A stretch of 64,000 bases of DNA. Source: Desulfobacteraceae bacterium. GTDB taxonomy: Bacteria > Desulfobacterota > Desulfobacteria > Desulfobacterales > Desulfosarcinaceae. A model generated the notes under the pieces. The model saw only the letters and a program-made list of their open reading frames with translations. It had not been told where the DNA came from and did no database searches. The DNA lies in the NCBI GenBank assembly GCA_050288425.1, contig JBNKDU010000124.1, forward strand, positions 48,711-112,710, read 5' to 3'. The position numbers were made by a program, and so were the translations under genes. Shown here one piece after another: positions 9,177 to 19,270 of the stretch; the stretch's first letter is position 1, and every line of letters starts with the position of its first letter.

Positions 9177-11156
9177 ATGGCAATACCGAATAAACCTTTG
9201 GGTGAGCTTAAAGCCGTTCGTGACCCTGAAGTCGATGAGCGCGAAGTTGATGTCCTGATCGTAGGCGGTGGCATGGCAGCCTGCGGCGCGGCATTCGAGG
9301 TCAAAAAATGGTTGGGCGACAATCAGAGCGTCCTGCTGTGCGACAAAGCCGCCATGGAACGTTCCGGCGCCGTCGCCCAGGGCCTGTCCGCCATCAATAC
9401 CTACATCGGCGATAATGCTCCCGAGGACTATGTCCGCATGGTCCGCAACGACCTGATGGGCCTGGTTCGCGAAGACTTGATTTTCGATCTGGGTTGCCAC
9501 GTCGACGACTCCGTATACCTGTTCGAAGAGTGGGGACTGCCGGTATGGAAGAAATCCGAAGAGGGCAAGAACCTCGACGGTAAAAAAGGCCAGAAAATGG
9601 GTACCCTGAAGGGCGGCGCCCAGCCGGTACGCACCGGTAAATGGCAGATCATGATCAACGGCGAATCCTACAAGCGCATCGTGGCAGAGGCCGCCAAGAA
9701 AGCCCTCGGCGAAGACAACATCATCGAGCGCTGCTTCATCGTCGAGCTGCTGCTGGACGCCAACGTGCCCAATCAGATCGCCGGCGCCGTCGGTTTCTCC
9801 GTTCGCGAAAACAAAGTCTACATCATCAAATGCAAGACCATGATGGTAGCCTGCGGCGGCGCTGTAAACATCTATCAGCCCCGTTCGGTGGGTGAAGGCA
9901 AAGGCCGCGCCTGGTATCCGGTATGGAACGCCGGTTCCACCTACACCATGGCCATGAAAGTCGGCGCCGAACTCACCATGATGGAGAACCGTTTCACCCC
10001 GGCCCGTTTCAAAGACGGTTACGGCCCGGTGGGTGCCTGGTTCCTGCTGTTCAAAGCCAAAACCCTCAATGGCCTGGGCGAAGCCTTCGCCGGCAGCGCC
10101 GCCGCCAAGGCCGAGCTGGAGAAATACGCTCCTTACGGTACCGCCGCCATCACCCCGACCTGTCTGCGGAACCACCTGATGCTGTTCGAAATGAAAGAGG
10201 GCCGCGGCCCCATCATGATGGACACCGTCACCGCGCTGGCCGAACTGGGCAAGACCATGGACAAGAAAGAGCTCAAGCACCTCGAGTCCGAAGCCTGGGA
10301 AGACTTCCTCGACATGACCTGCGGCCAGGCCAACCTGTGGTGCGCCCAGGACTGCGAACCGGAGAAGAAAAACTCCGAGGTTATGCCCACCGAACCGTAT
10401 CTGCTGGGTTCCCACTCCGGCTGCTGCGGTCTGTGGACCTCCGGTCCGGACTTCGACTGGGTGCCGGATGACTACAAGATCAAGGCCCGCAACGGCAAGG
10501 TCTACAAGCAGATGACCACCGTCGAAGGTCTGTTCACCGCCGGCGACGGCACGGGCGGTTCCGGTCACAAGTTCTCCTCCGGTTCCCATGCCGAAGGCCG
10601 CATCGCAGCCAAGCAGATGGTTCGCTATGCCAAGGACTTCGCCGACTTCACTCCGACCCTGAAGCAGTCTGCATCCGAGCTGGTCGACCTGGTTTACAAA
10701 CCGGTTCGCACCTTCCTGGATAACAAAGACTACACCACCGCCATCAACATCAACCCCAATTACATCAAGCCCGAAGGCATGATGTACCGGCTGATGAAGG
10801 CGACCCACGAATATGGTGCCGGAACGGCCACCTACTACATGACCAGCTCCAAGAGCCTCGAGATTGTCATGGATCTGCTGGCCACCATGCGCGAAGACTG
10901 CAAGAAGATGGCAGCCGGCGACCTGCATGAGCTGATGAGAGCTTGGGAAATCGAACACCGCATCTGGACGGTGGAATCCCATCTGCGTCACATCCAGTAC
11001 CGCAAAGAGACCCGCTATCCGGGCTTCTACTATCAAGCCGATTATCCCGGACAGGATGATGAGAACTGGTTCTGCTTCGTCAACTCCAAGTACGATCCGG
11101 AAAAGGGCGAATGGGATGTGAAGAAGGTTCCCTACATCCAGATCATCCCGGCTTAG
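9177..11156 (+). CDS. aprA: Adenylylsulfate (APS) reductase alpha subunit
   Basis: 659 aa flavoprotein with FAD fold VDVLIVGGGMAACGAAFE. Length and overall sequence are characteristic of AprA. TAGGAGG SD upstream. Confidence 0.97.
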   Translation: MAIPNKPLGELKAVRDPEVDEREVDVLIVGGGMAACGAAFEVKKWLGDNQSVLLCDKAAMERSGAVAQGLSAINTYIGDNAPEDYVRMVRNDLMGLVREDLIFDLGCHVDDSVYLFEEWGLPVWKKSEEGKNLDGKKGQKMGTLKGGAQPVRTGKWQIMINGESYKRIVAEAAKKALGEDNIIERCFIVELLLDANVPNQIAGAVGFSVRENKVYIIKCKTMMVACGGAVNIYQPRSVGEGKGRAWYPVWNAGSTYTMAMKVGAELTMMENRFTPARFKDGYGPVGAWFLLFKAKTLNGLGEAFAGSAAAKAELEKYAPYGTAAITPTCLRNHLMLFEMKEGRGPIMMDTVTALAELGKTMDKKELKHLESEAWEDFLDMTCGQANLWCAQDCEPEKKNSEVMPTEPYLLGSHSGCCGLWTSGPDFDWVPDDYKIKARNGKVYKQMTTVEGLFTAGDGTGGSGHKFSSGSHAEGRIAAKQMVRYAKDFADFTPTLKQSASELVDLVYKPVRTFLDNKDYTTAININPNYIKPEGMMYRLMKATHEYGAGTATYYMTSSKSLEIVMDLLATMREDCKKMAAGDLHELMRAWEIEHRIWTVESHLRHIQYRKETRYPGFYYQADYPGQDDENWFCFVNSKYDPEKGEWDVKKVPYIQIIPA

Positions 11157-11195
11157 TCTGCGGGAGTCAATCGTGTACGCGTAGTGTGAAATCCT

Positions 11196-11229
11196 GCCTC
11201 CAGGCGTCCCAGGACGCCTGGAGGTTTTT
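11196..11229 (+). terminator. Rho-independent terminator after aprA
   Basis: A 12-13 bp GC-rich perfect stem (CCTCCAGGCGTCC / GGACGCCTGGAGG) followed by TTTTT. Confidence 0.7.
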
Positions 11230-11467
11230 ATTAATGAAAGCCGGCAACCATACGATCCGTCTCAGGCGATATCCACGGTTTCCTTCCATCGGCCACCCGG
11301 CCGACGAAGGGAGGAATCCGACGCCTTCGCCTGGAGAATGAAGCTGGCAACTGCTCCTCGGGTTGAGCAGCACCGAGCTTCAGGTTTCAGGAATACAGGA
11401 TATCGCCTGATGCCGTATGAGGCGGCAGAACAACAAATCTTCAAACTTCGATGCACGGAGGGATAGC

Positions 11468-12745
11468 ATGACGAATAAAAATACCGCCCTTACGAGCGGA
11501 AGCATCATGGTGGTCGGCGGAGGCATCAGCGGGTTGACCACCGCGCTGGAAGCGGCCGAAGTGGGGTATGAGGTGTACCTGGTGGAGAAGAATCCGTACC
11601 TGGGTGGACGTGTCGCGCAGTTGAATCAGTACTTTCCCAAGCTATGTCCACCGACCTGCGGGTTGGAGATCAATTTTCGCCGCATCAAGGACAATCCCCG
11701 CGTGAAAGTCCTCACCCTGGCGGAAGTGGAAAAAGTCGAGGGCGGTCCAGGCAACTACGATGTCACGGTCAAGGTCAAGCCGCGCTTTGTCAACGAAAAG
11801 TGCACCGCCTGCGGCGCCTGCGCCGATGCCTGCGACGCGGAAGTCAGCGATCCGTTCAATTTCGGCTTGAGCAAAAAGAAAGGCGCCCATATTCCGTTTG
11901 AGATGGCGTTTCCCGCCCGTTACATCCTCTCCCCGGAAATCGTGGGAACCGATGCCGCCCGGAAAGCCAAGGATGCCTGTAAGTACGATGCCATCGACCT
12001 GGACATGACGCCTGAGACCCTGGATCTGAATGTCGGCGCCATCGTCTGGGCCACCGGCTGGGAGCCCTATGATGCCGCCCAGATCGACAACCTGGGGTTC
12101 GGTCAGCACGACAACATCATCACCAACATGATGATGGAGCGGCTGGCCGCTCCCAACGGGCCGACCAACGGCCAGATATTGCGTCCTTCGGATGACAAGG
12201 CGCCCGAGAGCGTGGCCTTCGTCCAGTGCGCCGGGTCCCGCGACGAGAACCATCTGCCGTATTGCTCCTATATCTGCTGCATGGCTTCGTTGAAGCAGGC
12301 CACTTATGTGCGCGAGCGCTATCCGGATGCGAAGATTTACATCTTCTATATCGATCTGCGGGCGCCGGGCCAACGCTACGAGAAATTCTACCAGACCATC
12401 AAGGAAGACGAGAATGTCTTTTTCATCAAAGGCAAAGTCGCCGAAGTGATGGAGGATTCAGCCACCAACGCCGTCACCGTCGTGGCGGAAAACGCCGTCA
12501 CCGGTGAAAAAACAAAACAAACCGTGGACCTGGTCGTCCTTGCCACCGGTATGCAGCCCACCGCCGCCAACGCCAAACTGCCGGCCGATTTGAACTATAA
12601 CGCCGACGGTTTCATCATCAATGACTTCGAGAAGGGCGGCATGTTTGCAGCAGGTTGCGCCAATAAACCTGCCGACGTGGTTTCATCCAATCAGAACGCT
12701 ACCGGTATGGCCTTGAAGGCCATTCAAACCCTGGCAAGGAAGTAG
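11468..12745 (+). CDS. qmoA: Quinone-interacting membrane-bound oxidoreductase subunit A (HdrA-like flavoprotein)
   Basis: ATG at 11468 (MTNKNTALTSGSIMVVGGGISGLTTALEAAEVGYEVYLVEK). HdrA-like FAD fold. Sits between aprA and qmoB, the canonical position. Confidence 0.93.
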   Translation: MTNKNTALTSGSIMVVGGGISGLTTALEAAEVGYEVYLVEKNPYLGGRVAQLNQYFPKLCPPTCGLEINFRRIKDNPRVKVLTLAEVEKVEGGPGNYDVTVKVKPRFVNEKCTACGACADACDAEVSDPFNFGLSKKKGAHIPFEMAFPARYILSPEIVGTDAARKAKDACKYDAIDLDMTPETLDLNVGAIVWATGWEPYDAAQIDNLGFGQHDNIITNMMMERLAAPNGPTNGQILRPSDDKAPESVAFVQCAGSRDENHLPYCSYICCMASLKQATYVRERYPDAKIYIFYIDLRAPGQRYEKFYQTIKEDENVFFIKGKVAEVMEDSATNAVTVVAENAVTGEKTKQTVDLVVLATGMQPTAANAKLPADLNYNADGFIINDFEKGGMFAAGCANKPADVVSSNQNATGMALKAIQTLARK

Positions 12746-12755
12746 GAGGCGATCC

Positions 12756-15092
12756 ATGGACAAGAAATATGGTGTCTATATATGCGAAGGTTGTGGCATC
12801 GGCGAGGCCCTGGATATCGAAGCCCTCAAGGGTGTTGCCGACGAAGAGGGGTTGAACGCCAAGACCCATCCGATTTTATGCAGCCCGGAAGGCGTCGATT
12901 TTCTCAAACAGGATATCGAAGGCGGCGTCAACACCCTGGTGTTGTGCGCCTGCTCCCGGCGGGTGAATTTCGATACGTTTCGATTCGAAGGCTGTATCGT
13001 CGAACGCGTCAACCTGCGGGAAGGTGTCGTCTGGTCGCATCCGCGGTCTGAGTTTCCCGCCCTCACCGAAGAAGAGAAGGAAGACGAAGACAAGTATGAC
13101 CGCGTGCAGATGATGGCCGAAGACTATCTCAAGATGGGGATGGCCCGGGTGGCGAAAGTCAGTCTGCCCGAGCCCTACCAGTTGGAGAAATCCTCCGATA
13201 AGATCCTGGTCATCGGCGGGGGCCTCACCGGCATGTCCGCGGCCCTGGATGCCGCCAATGCCGGTTATGCCGTCACCCTGATCGAGAAAGAGGCCCGGTT
13301 GGGTGGCGCGGCGCTGAACTGGCGCAGCCAGCTGCCGGTGAGCGAACCGTATGATTCGTTGGTGCCGCCGGTGGTGGAGGCGAAGATCAAGGCCGTGGAA
13401 GCCCAGCCCGGCATCACCGTCAGGACGGAAACCGTCCTGGCCCGGCTGGCCGGTCAACCCGGCGAATTCACGGCGACCTTCAAGAAGCCGGGCGAAAAGA
13501 TCGAGTTCGACGTGCCGTACCCCCTGCCCGAAGAGATGAAGGTGGATGAGAGCGGCAAGGAACTGAACGCCGAGCAACAGTTCGAGGCCTATCAGAAATA
13601 CAACGAAGGCCGCAGGGACATCCTCAAGCTGGATCCCGACGGTGAACTTTTCGGCGCCGTCGTCCTGGCCGCAGGCTGGGTGCCGGCCTCGGTGGAAAGT
13701 GAAGCCTACGCCCACCTGGGCTATGCCGACAATGCAGACGTCATTACCAACACGGAATTCGAAGCCATCGCCAAGGCCGGCAAGATCGTGCGCCCGTCCG
13801 ATGGCAAGGCGGCCAAATCGGTGGTCTTCGTGCAGAGCCCGGGCAAGGATGAAGACGATGCCGACTTCTCCTATGCCGGTGCCGTGACCAACATGGTGGC
13901 GCTGAAACAGGCCAGGTACGTGCGCGAAGATTACGAGGACGGCAAGGCCTTCATCTTCTACCAGCACATGCGCACCCCGGGCCTGAGCGAGTACTTTTAT
14001 AAGGGCATGCAGCAGGACCCCGGCGTCTTCATGACCAAGGGCAACGTGATCCAGGTCGTCAAGAACGGCGACGGCATGGTCGTCGAGGCCACCGACACCC
14101 TGCTGGGCAAGCAGCTCAAGGTCAAGGCCGACCTGGTGGTCCTTTCCGCCGGGATGGAGCCGGCCACCAAAAAGGATCCCGTGGTCAACATGGCCTACCG
14201 CCAGGGGCCGTCCTTCCGGGATATCGGCCTGTTCGACGGCTATTGCGACTCCAACTTCATCTGCTTCCCGTACGAAACCCAGCGCACCGGCATCTATGCC
14301 GCCGGCGCCGTTCGCCGGGCCATGACTTCCGAGGAGGCCATGGAGGACGCCGCCGGCGCGACCCTGAAGGCCATTCAGAGCATCGAGTCCGCCAATCGGG
14401 GCGTGGCGGTTCACCCGCGTTCCGGCGACATGACCTTCCCGGACTTCTTCTTCCAACGCTGCACCCAGTGCAAGCGCTGCACCGAAGAGTGTCCCTTCGG
14501 CGCCCTGGATGACGACGAAAAAGGGACGCCCAAGCCCAACCCCACCCGCTGCCGCCGCTGCGGGACCTGCATGGGAGCCTGCCCCGAGCGGATCATCGGC
14601 TTTGCCGATTACAGCATCGACAGCATCGGCTCCCAGGTGAAATCCATCGGCGTGCCCAGCGAGGACGATTTTGGAGATCCGCCCATGCGCGTCCTGGGCC
14701 TGATCTGCGAGAACGATGCCTATCCGGCCCTGGACATGGTGGCCCTGAAGAAGCTGTCCTATTCCGCCGACGTACGCTTCATCCCCGTGCGCTGCCTCGG
14801 TTCGGTGAACGTGATCTGGATCAAGGACGCCCTTTCCCAGGGGATGGACGGCGTCTTTCTGCTGGGTTGCAAACATGGCGATGACTACCAGTGCCATTTC
14901 GTCAAGGGCAGTGAGCTGGCCGATATCCGGATGAAGAAAATCGGCGACGCCCTCGCCAGTCTGGCACTGGAAGAGGAGCGTGTGGCGCAGTTCCAGGTGG
15001 CCATCGACGAGTACGACAAGGTGCCCAAGATCATCAACGATTTCGTTGAAATGATCGAAGAACTGGGTCCGAACCCCTTCAAGGGATTCTAA
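12756..15092 (+). CDS. qmoB: Quinone-interacting membrane-bound oxidoreductase subunit B (HdrA-like plus MvhD-like C-terminus)
   Basis: 778 aa with FAD fold ILVIGGGLTGMSAALDAANAGY, ferredoxin motifs CTQCKRCTEECP and CRRCGTCMGACP, and an MvhD-like C-terminal part (GCKHGDDYQCHF). Confidence 0.93.
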   Translation: MDKKYGVYICEGCGIGEALDIEALKGVADEEGLNAKTHPILCSPEGVDFLKQDIEGGVNTLVLCACSRRVNFDTFRFEGCIVERVNLREGVVWSHPRSEFPALTEEEKEDEDKYDRVQMMAEDYLKMGMARVAKVSLPEPYQLEKSSDKILVIGGGLTGMSAALDAANAGYAVTLIEKEARLGGAALNWRSQLPVSEPYDSLVPPVVEAKIKAVEAQPGITVRTETVLARLAGQPGEFTATFKKPGEKIEFDVPYPLPEEMKVDESGKELNAEQQFEAYQKYNEGRRDILKLDPDGELFGAVVLAAGWVPASVESEAYAHLGYADNADVITNTEFEAIAKAGKIVRPSDGKAAKSVVFVQSPGKDEDDADFSYAGAVTNMVALKQARYVREDYEDGKAFIFYQHMRTPGLSEYFYKGMQQDPGVFMTKGNVIQVVKNGDGMVVEATDTLLGKQLKVKADLVVLSAGMEPATKKDPVVNMAYRQGPSFRDIGLFDGYCDSNFICFPYETQRTGIYAAGAVRRAMTSEEAMEDAAGATLKAIQSIESANRGVAVHPRSGDMTFPDFFFQRCTQCKRCTEECPFGALDDDEKGTPKPNPTRCRRCGTCMGACPERIIGFADYSIDSIGSQVKSIGVPSEDDFGDPPMRVLGLICENDAYPALDMVALKKLSYSADVRFIPVRCLGSVNVIWIKDALSQGMDGVFLLGCKHGDDYQCHFVKGSELADIRMKKIGDALASLALEEERVAQFQVAIDEYDKVPKIINDFVEMIEELGPNPFKGF

Positions 15093-15156
15093 TGCTGACC
15101 CCCTATACGTGGATCCGGCGGCGGCTCGCCGCCGCCGGTGAACAGGAGGAAAATAA

Positions 15157-16305
15157 ATGTCCGATGCATATCTAGTCGAACCGGATGTGGGCTTTATCAA
15201 GGACGTGGTCAATCTTGGCGGCGGTGATGTCAAAAAGTGCTTTCAATGCGCCACATGTTCGGTGGCCTGTCCCATTTCGCCGGATACCAAACCGTTTCCA
15301 CGCAAGGAGATGATCGCCACTTCCTGGGGACTGAAGGACCGTTTGATCGGCAACGGCGACATCTGGCTGTGCCACAACTGCGGCGACTGCTCCACCCGTT
15401 GCCCCCGCGGGGCCAAGCCCGCCGATGTTCTCGCCGCCGTGCGCGCCTATGCCGTCGGCGCCTACGCCGTGCCCAAGGCCCTGGCCAAAGCCGTGAACAA
15501 CCCCGGCATGCTGCCGATCCTGATGGCCATTCCGGTCATCCTCTTCCTGGTGCTGGGGGTGATCTCCAACATCGTGGGCCTCGACTGGCTGAGCTTCGCG
15601 CCGGCCGGCGATGAACTGTGGCAGCACGACTACATCAACAACCTGCTGGTGGATACCATCATGGTCCCGACCTTCTTTGCGGCCGTTGTGGTCTTCGCCC
15701 TGGGGTTGAAGCGTTTCATCGCCGACATGCATGCCAATGCCCGGCTGGAAGGCAAGACCGACAAGCAGACCATCGACCCGGTGGGCTACGTCCAGGCGCT
15801 GATCAAGGTCATCCCCACCATCTTCAAGCACAGCAAATTCAGCGAGTGCACCGAGAACACGGAACGGGCCACTTCGCACATGATGGTGCTCTTCGGCTTC
15901 ATCGGCCTGTTCATCGTCACCAACTGCTTCTTCATCGCCGAGTGGATCCTGCACATCGAAGGACCTTACTCGCAGATCAATCCGGTGAAGTGGGTGGGGA
16001 ACCTGGCCGGCATCGCCCTGATCATCGGCGGCGGCCTGATGATCGCCAAACGCATGAGCAAGGCCGATCAGGTCAGCAGCTACAAGGACTGGTACCTGCT
16101 GGGCCTGGTCATGACCCTGGGGGTCACCGGGCTGCTCACCGAATTGCTGCGCCTGGGGCACCTGTACGGCGCCATGGCCTTGTTCTACTGGCTGCACCTC
16201 ATCGCCATCTGGTCGCTGTTCGCCTATACCCCGTTCTCCAAGCTGGCCCATCTGGTCTACCGCACCGTGGCCATGGCCTACCAGGAGTACTCCGGAAGGG
16301 CCTAA
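15157..16305 (+). CDS. qmoC: Quinone-interacting membrane-bound oxidoreductase subunit C (HdrC-like FeS fused to a membrane cytochrome b)
   Basis: 382 aa. N-terminal CFQCATCSVACP and CHNCGDCSTRCP, followed by several TM helices. Confidence 0.93.
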   Translation: MSDAYLVEPDVGFIKDVVNLGGGDVKKCFQCATCSVACPISPDTKPFPRKEMIATSWGLKDRLIGNGDIWLCHNCGDCSTRCPRGAKPADVLAAVRAYAVGAYAVPKALAKAVNNPGMLPILMAIPVILFLVLGVISNIVGLDWLSFAPAGDELWQHDYINNLLVDTIMVPTFFAAVVVFALGLKRFIADMHANARLEGKTDKQTIDPVGYVQALIKVIPTIFKHSKFSECTENTERATSHMMVLFGFIGLFIVTNCFFIAEWILHIEGPYSQINPVKWVGNLAGIALIIGGGLMIAKRMSKADQVSSYKDWYLLGLVMTLGVTGLLTELLRLGHLYGAMALFYWLHLIAIWSLFAYTPFSKLAHLVYRTVAMAYQEYSGRA

Positions 16306-16340
16306 AGCCGGGCATGTCCGTCAGGCCGGAAACCAAATGA

Positions 16341-16380
16341 AAAAAGGAGCCGCTCCTCGATGGAAGCGGCTCCTTTTATT
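16341..16380. terminator. Bidirectional rho-independent terminator between convergent qmoC and the last cytochrome gene
   Basis: AAAAA-GGAGCCGCT-(loop)-AGCGGCTCC-TTTT. The A-run on one side and the T-run on the other let it serve both strands. Confidence 0.7.
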
Positions 16381-16474
16381 TCGGCGATGGCCTGCTCAAG
16401 ATTCCAAGCAATCCATCCCCCTCGGCAATCCATAAGGTTTCACGCAGAAATAATCTTACATTCATCCCTCATTC

Positions 16475-18175
16475 TTAGGGATATGTTTCGTTATTATGTC
16501 CCTCTCCGTGACAGAGCAGGGTGCAGTTGCCGGTGAAGCGGCCCTGGTCCACGAATGCGAGGGTGCCGCCGTTGGGCGCGACGATGGTGATGTCGAAATT
16601 GATCAGGTGGGTGTTGTTGACGGCGTTTCCCTGGGTGTTGCTGATGCCGTGGGGATCGTGGCAGGCCGAGCAGGGGGCGTTTTGTCCCACGATATGGAAG
16701 TTGTGCAGGCTGAAGCTGTCGTTGCCGAGAATGCTGGCGCGGCTGTGGCAGTTGTAGCACAGCGCATAGGCCGCCGCGCTTTCGGCCGTGTTATCGGCGG
16801 TCACGTAGTTGAGCTCCAGCAGGGGGGCGAAGTCGGATCCGTGGGGCCCCCGGGGACCGGCCGGATCGCTGTTGTTGTGGCAGTCTGTGCAGAAGATCAG
16901 GCTGGCGGTGGTCAAGGGAGGGATCAGGCTGGGCACGTCCGGGTTGACGCCCGGTGCGGCCACCGGATGGTAGGAAGGGTTGCCCGGATTGAATTCCAGA
17001 CGGGTGTTGAGCTGGAGGATCTGCCGGGTGATGTTCAGGACGGCGATGACATTGTTGTCCGCATGGCACTTGAAACAGATCTGGTAGAGGTCGGGCGCCG
17101 GGTCCACCTGGAGACCGGCCAGGTCGATGCCGGTCACCCCGGTGTTGCGCCCCGACACCAGGGGCGCGCCCGGCGACGGAACACCGTTGGCCTGGTGGGG
17201 GTTGTGGCAGTCGACGCACTCCACATGGTTGGAAATGGTGCCGACGGCGAAATTTTCGGCGGCATCGTGCACATCCACGGTGGCCTGAACCGGATGGCGG
17301 GAGGGGCGTGTCAGCAAGACCTCGATGTTGGTCTGGGCCACGTTTCCGTTGTGGCAGGCCAGGCAGGTATCCTCTTCGAAGCGCTGGTTGAGGATGCGCT
17401 GGGGTCTGGGCGCCGTATGGGGACGGTGGCAGGAGATACAGGCGTTCTCCGCCACGGTGGCCAGTTCGGAATTGGGCCATGGATCGACGCCCTGACCGTT
17501 CCACTGGGCGTCGGAGACGGCATGGGAGGCGGCGTTCCAGCCGATCAACTGATGGCAGGTGTTGCACAACCGGCCGAAGGTGTTGGTCATCACCAGGAAC
17601 TTGCCCAGGTCGTTGTTGTGCGGATTGTGGCAGGCGGTGCATTGCAATTGGCTGGTGTCGTCCACCTTGACCTGGGGGGGCAGCAGGGCCGGATCCACGA
17701 GTTCCCCTCGGGTTTGGGCCAATTGACTGTCGTAAATCAGGGAGATCGGGTGGTCGTCGGACAGATCGGTCCCCATCAAGGCCGGGCTGGTGCCGGGCAG
17801 CAGCCGTACACCGCCGGCGAAGGCGATCTCCTGTTCGCGGTCGAGTACGGCGCCCAGGGCGATGGTCCCGTCATGACAGCCGAGGCAAAGACGCGACGCT
17901 CCCGTGGGTTGGCCTACGGCCGCAACCAGGGTGGTGCTCTGGTAAGGGATGTAGTTGGTGGTCTGGTCTTCGCGGTTCCACAGGAAAGGTACATCGTCGC
18001 GGGCGTTGTGGGGGGTGTGGCAGAAGATGCAGATGCGCGATTCGTCCACCGCCCGAAAGGCTCCGGTGCCGCTGGTGGAAAGGTTGTGCGGGGTGGAGGC
18101 GATGTCGGCACCGGCCGTACCGGCGGTCAGCAGCGTGACCAGCATGATGATCCATGGGTTGCCGAGTTTCTTCAT
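16475..18175 (-). CDS. Secreted multiheme c-type cytochrome (11 CxxCH plus 1 Cx3CH)
   Basis: 566 aa with Sec signal MKKLGNPWIIMLVTLLTAGTAGA. Motifs: CIFCH, CLGCH, CTACH, CNTCH, CISCH, CLACH, CVDCH, CFKCH, CTDCH, CYNCH, CSACH, plus C-terminal CTLLCH. Many are CxxCHxPH pairs. The ATG overlaps the upstream NHL gene's stop (ATGA). Confidence 0.9.
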   Translation of the reverse strand: MKKLGNPWIIMLVTLLTAGTAGADIASTPHNLSTSGTGAFRAVDESRICIFCHTPHNARDDVPFLWNREDQTTNYIPYQSTTLVAAVGQPTGASRLCLGCHDGTIALGAVLDREQEIAFAGGVRLLPGTSPALMGTDLSDDHPISLIYDSQLAQTRGELVDPALLPPQVKVDDTSQLQCTACHNPHNNDLGKFLVMTNTFGRLCNTCHQLIGWNAASHAVSDAQWNGQGVDPWPNSELATVAENACISCHRPHTAPRPQRILNQRFEEDTCLACHNGNVAQTNIEVLLTRPSRHPVQATVDVHDAAENFAVGTISNHVECVDCHNPHQANGVPSPGAPLVSGRNTGVTGIDLAGLQVDPAPDLYQICFKCHADNNVIAVLNITRQILQLNTRLEFNPGNPSYHPVAAPGVNPDVPSLIPPLTTASLIFCTDCHNNSDPAGPRGPHGSDFAPLLELNYVTADNTAESAAAYALCYNCHSRASILGNDSFSLHNFHIVGQNAPCSACHDPHGISNTQGNAVNNTHLINFDITIVAPNGGTLAFVDQGRFTGNCTLLCHGEGHNNETYP

Positions 18176-19248
18176 GGCTGTAGATCCTGTGGGTTGAGCA
18201 GTTCAAATATTTGAATGCGTTTGTTGTAGGTATCCGCAACGAAGATGCGGTCATGGTCGTCGATGTGCAGTCCGGCCGGCAGCCAGAATTCGCCCGGCGC
18301 CTGGCCCGATCGTCCCAGGGCCATGAGCAGCCGGAAGCGTGCATCGAAAATCTGTATATTGTCGAAGTTGGCGTCGGCCACGTAAATACGGCCGGCGCTG
18401 TCGGCGGCCACCCCCCGGGGGCGTGAGAACCTGCCGCGGCCGTCCCCGATGCTCCCGAACCCGCCCAGCGGCCGGCCTTCCGCGGTAAAGGTCTGGACTC
18501 GGAAATTCATGGCGTCGGTGACATAAACAGTACCGTCGGCGCCGGCATACAGATGGGTGGGGAAATGCAGTTCTCCCCGTCCCGTTCCGGATCGGCCAAA
18601 GGTGCCGCGCAGCTTTCCGTCTTTCAGTCCGAAGCGCAGGATCTCGTTGCGGCGCGTGTCCACCACCAGCAGTTCCCCGCTGACGGGATTGACGGCCAGG
18701 CCCGTGGGCCGGGTCAATTGCGTCTTTCCCAGCTCGCCCACGGCGCGCCGGCCTGCCAGGTCATAGATCTTCACCACGGCTTGCTGGGAATCGGACACGT
18801 AGATCTTGCCGGTATGCGGCTCCACGGCCACGGCCACCGGCGAAAGCAATGGTTCTTCTTCCGTGGGAATCAGGCGATAGCGGCCGGCCGGCATGTCGAA
18901 CAGATGGATCTTGCGAAGATAACTGTCCACCACATAGATTCTGCCGTCCGGATCGGTGGTGACATCGTAGGGGGACACCAGCACGTCCTGCTGGCGGCCG
19001 GCCATATAGCGAAGGAAGCGGTGCATGAAGGAAGCTTGAATGCCAAGGTCTCCGGGACCGGTGATGCTCGCCAGGTAGCGGATGCGCGCCGGTGCCGACG
19101 GCGGCGGCCAGACTCGCTGCGGCTCCGGAGCCGGCGGCAGCATGCCGGGGTGCTGACAGGCGGTCACCAGTACGAGGATCGAGAGCGCCGTCGCCAGGCG
19201 CACCTGTGGGCCAATGGCTGATGATAGGCGTGTCCGCGAAATTGGCAT
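18172..19248 (-). CDS. NHL-repeat six-bladed beta-propeller lipoprotein
   Basis: 358 aa with a lipobox-like LVLVTAC. Six repeats of the type (R/K)IYV(A/V/S)D...N.RIQ.F, e.g. RIYVVDSYLRKIHLFD, TVYVTDAMNFRVQTFT, RIYVADANFDNIQIFD, RIFVADTYNKRIQIFE. Confidence 0.85.
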   Translation of the reverse strand: MPISRTRLSSAIGPQVRLATALSILVLVTACQHPGMLPPAPEPQRVWPPPSAPARIRYLASITGPGDLGIQASFMHRFLRYMAGRQQDVLVSPYDVTTDPDGRIYVVDSYLRKIHLFDMPAGRYRLIPTEEEPLLSPVAVAVEPHTGKIYVSDSQQAVVKIYDLAGRRAVGELGKTQLTRPTGLAVNPVSGELLVVDTRRNEILRFGLKDGKLRGTFGRSGTGRGELHFPTHLYAGADGTVYVTDAMNFRVQTFTAEGRPLGGFGSIGDGRGRFSRPRGVAADSAGRIYVADANFDNIQIFDARFRLLMALGRSGQAPGEFWLPAGLHIDDHDRIFVADTYNKRIQIFELLNPQDLQP

Positions 19249-19270
19249 GATAATAAGGGTCGATCTCCTT

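Noticed and set aside
9159-11036. 625-aa ORF on the - strand, antisense to aprA
   Set aside because: It lies entirely inside the unmistakable aprA reading frame. Its translation is low-complexity (G/A/V/H/D-rich) with no motifs. This is a typical shadow ORF of a high-GC gene.
12876-15233. 785-aa ORF on the - strand, antisense to qmoB
   Set aside because: Same reasoning: it mirrors qmoB, has an R/G/A/H-rich translation and has no start context.
16496-18214. 572-aa + strand ORF, plus similar long + strand ORFs across the cytochrome cluster (19907-21283, 23274-24242, 25140-26258, 27126-28958, 33342-34631, 35341-36696, 37221-38198)
   Set aside because: All are antisense to - strand genes that carry clear signal peptides, CxxCH, NHL or TM signatures. 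The + strand translations are G/A/V/R/H-rich with no motifs.
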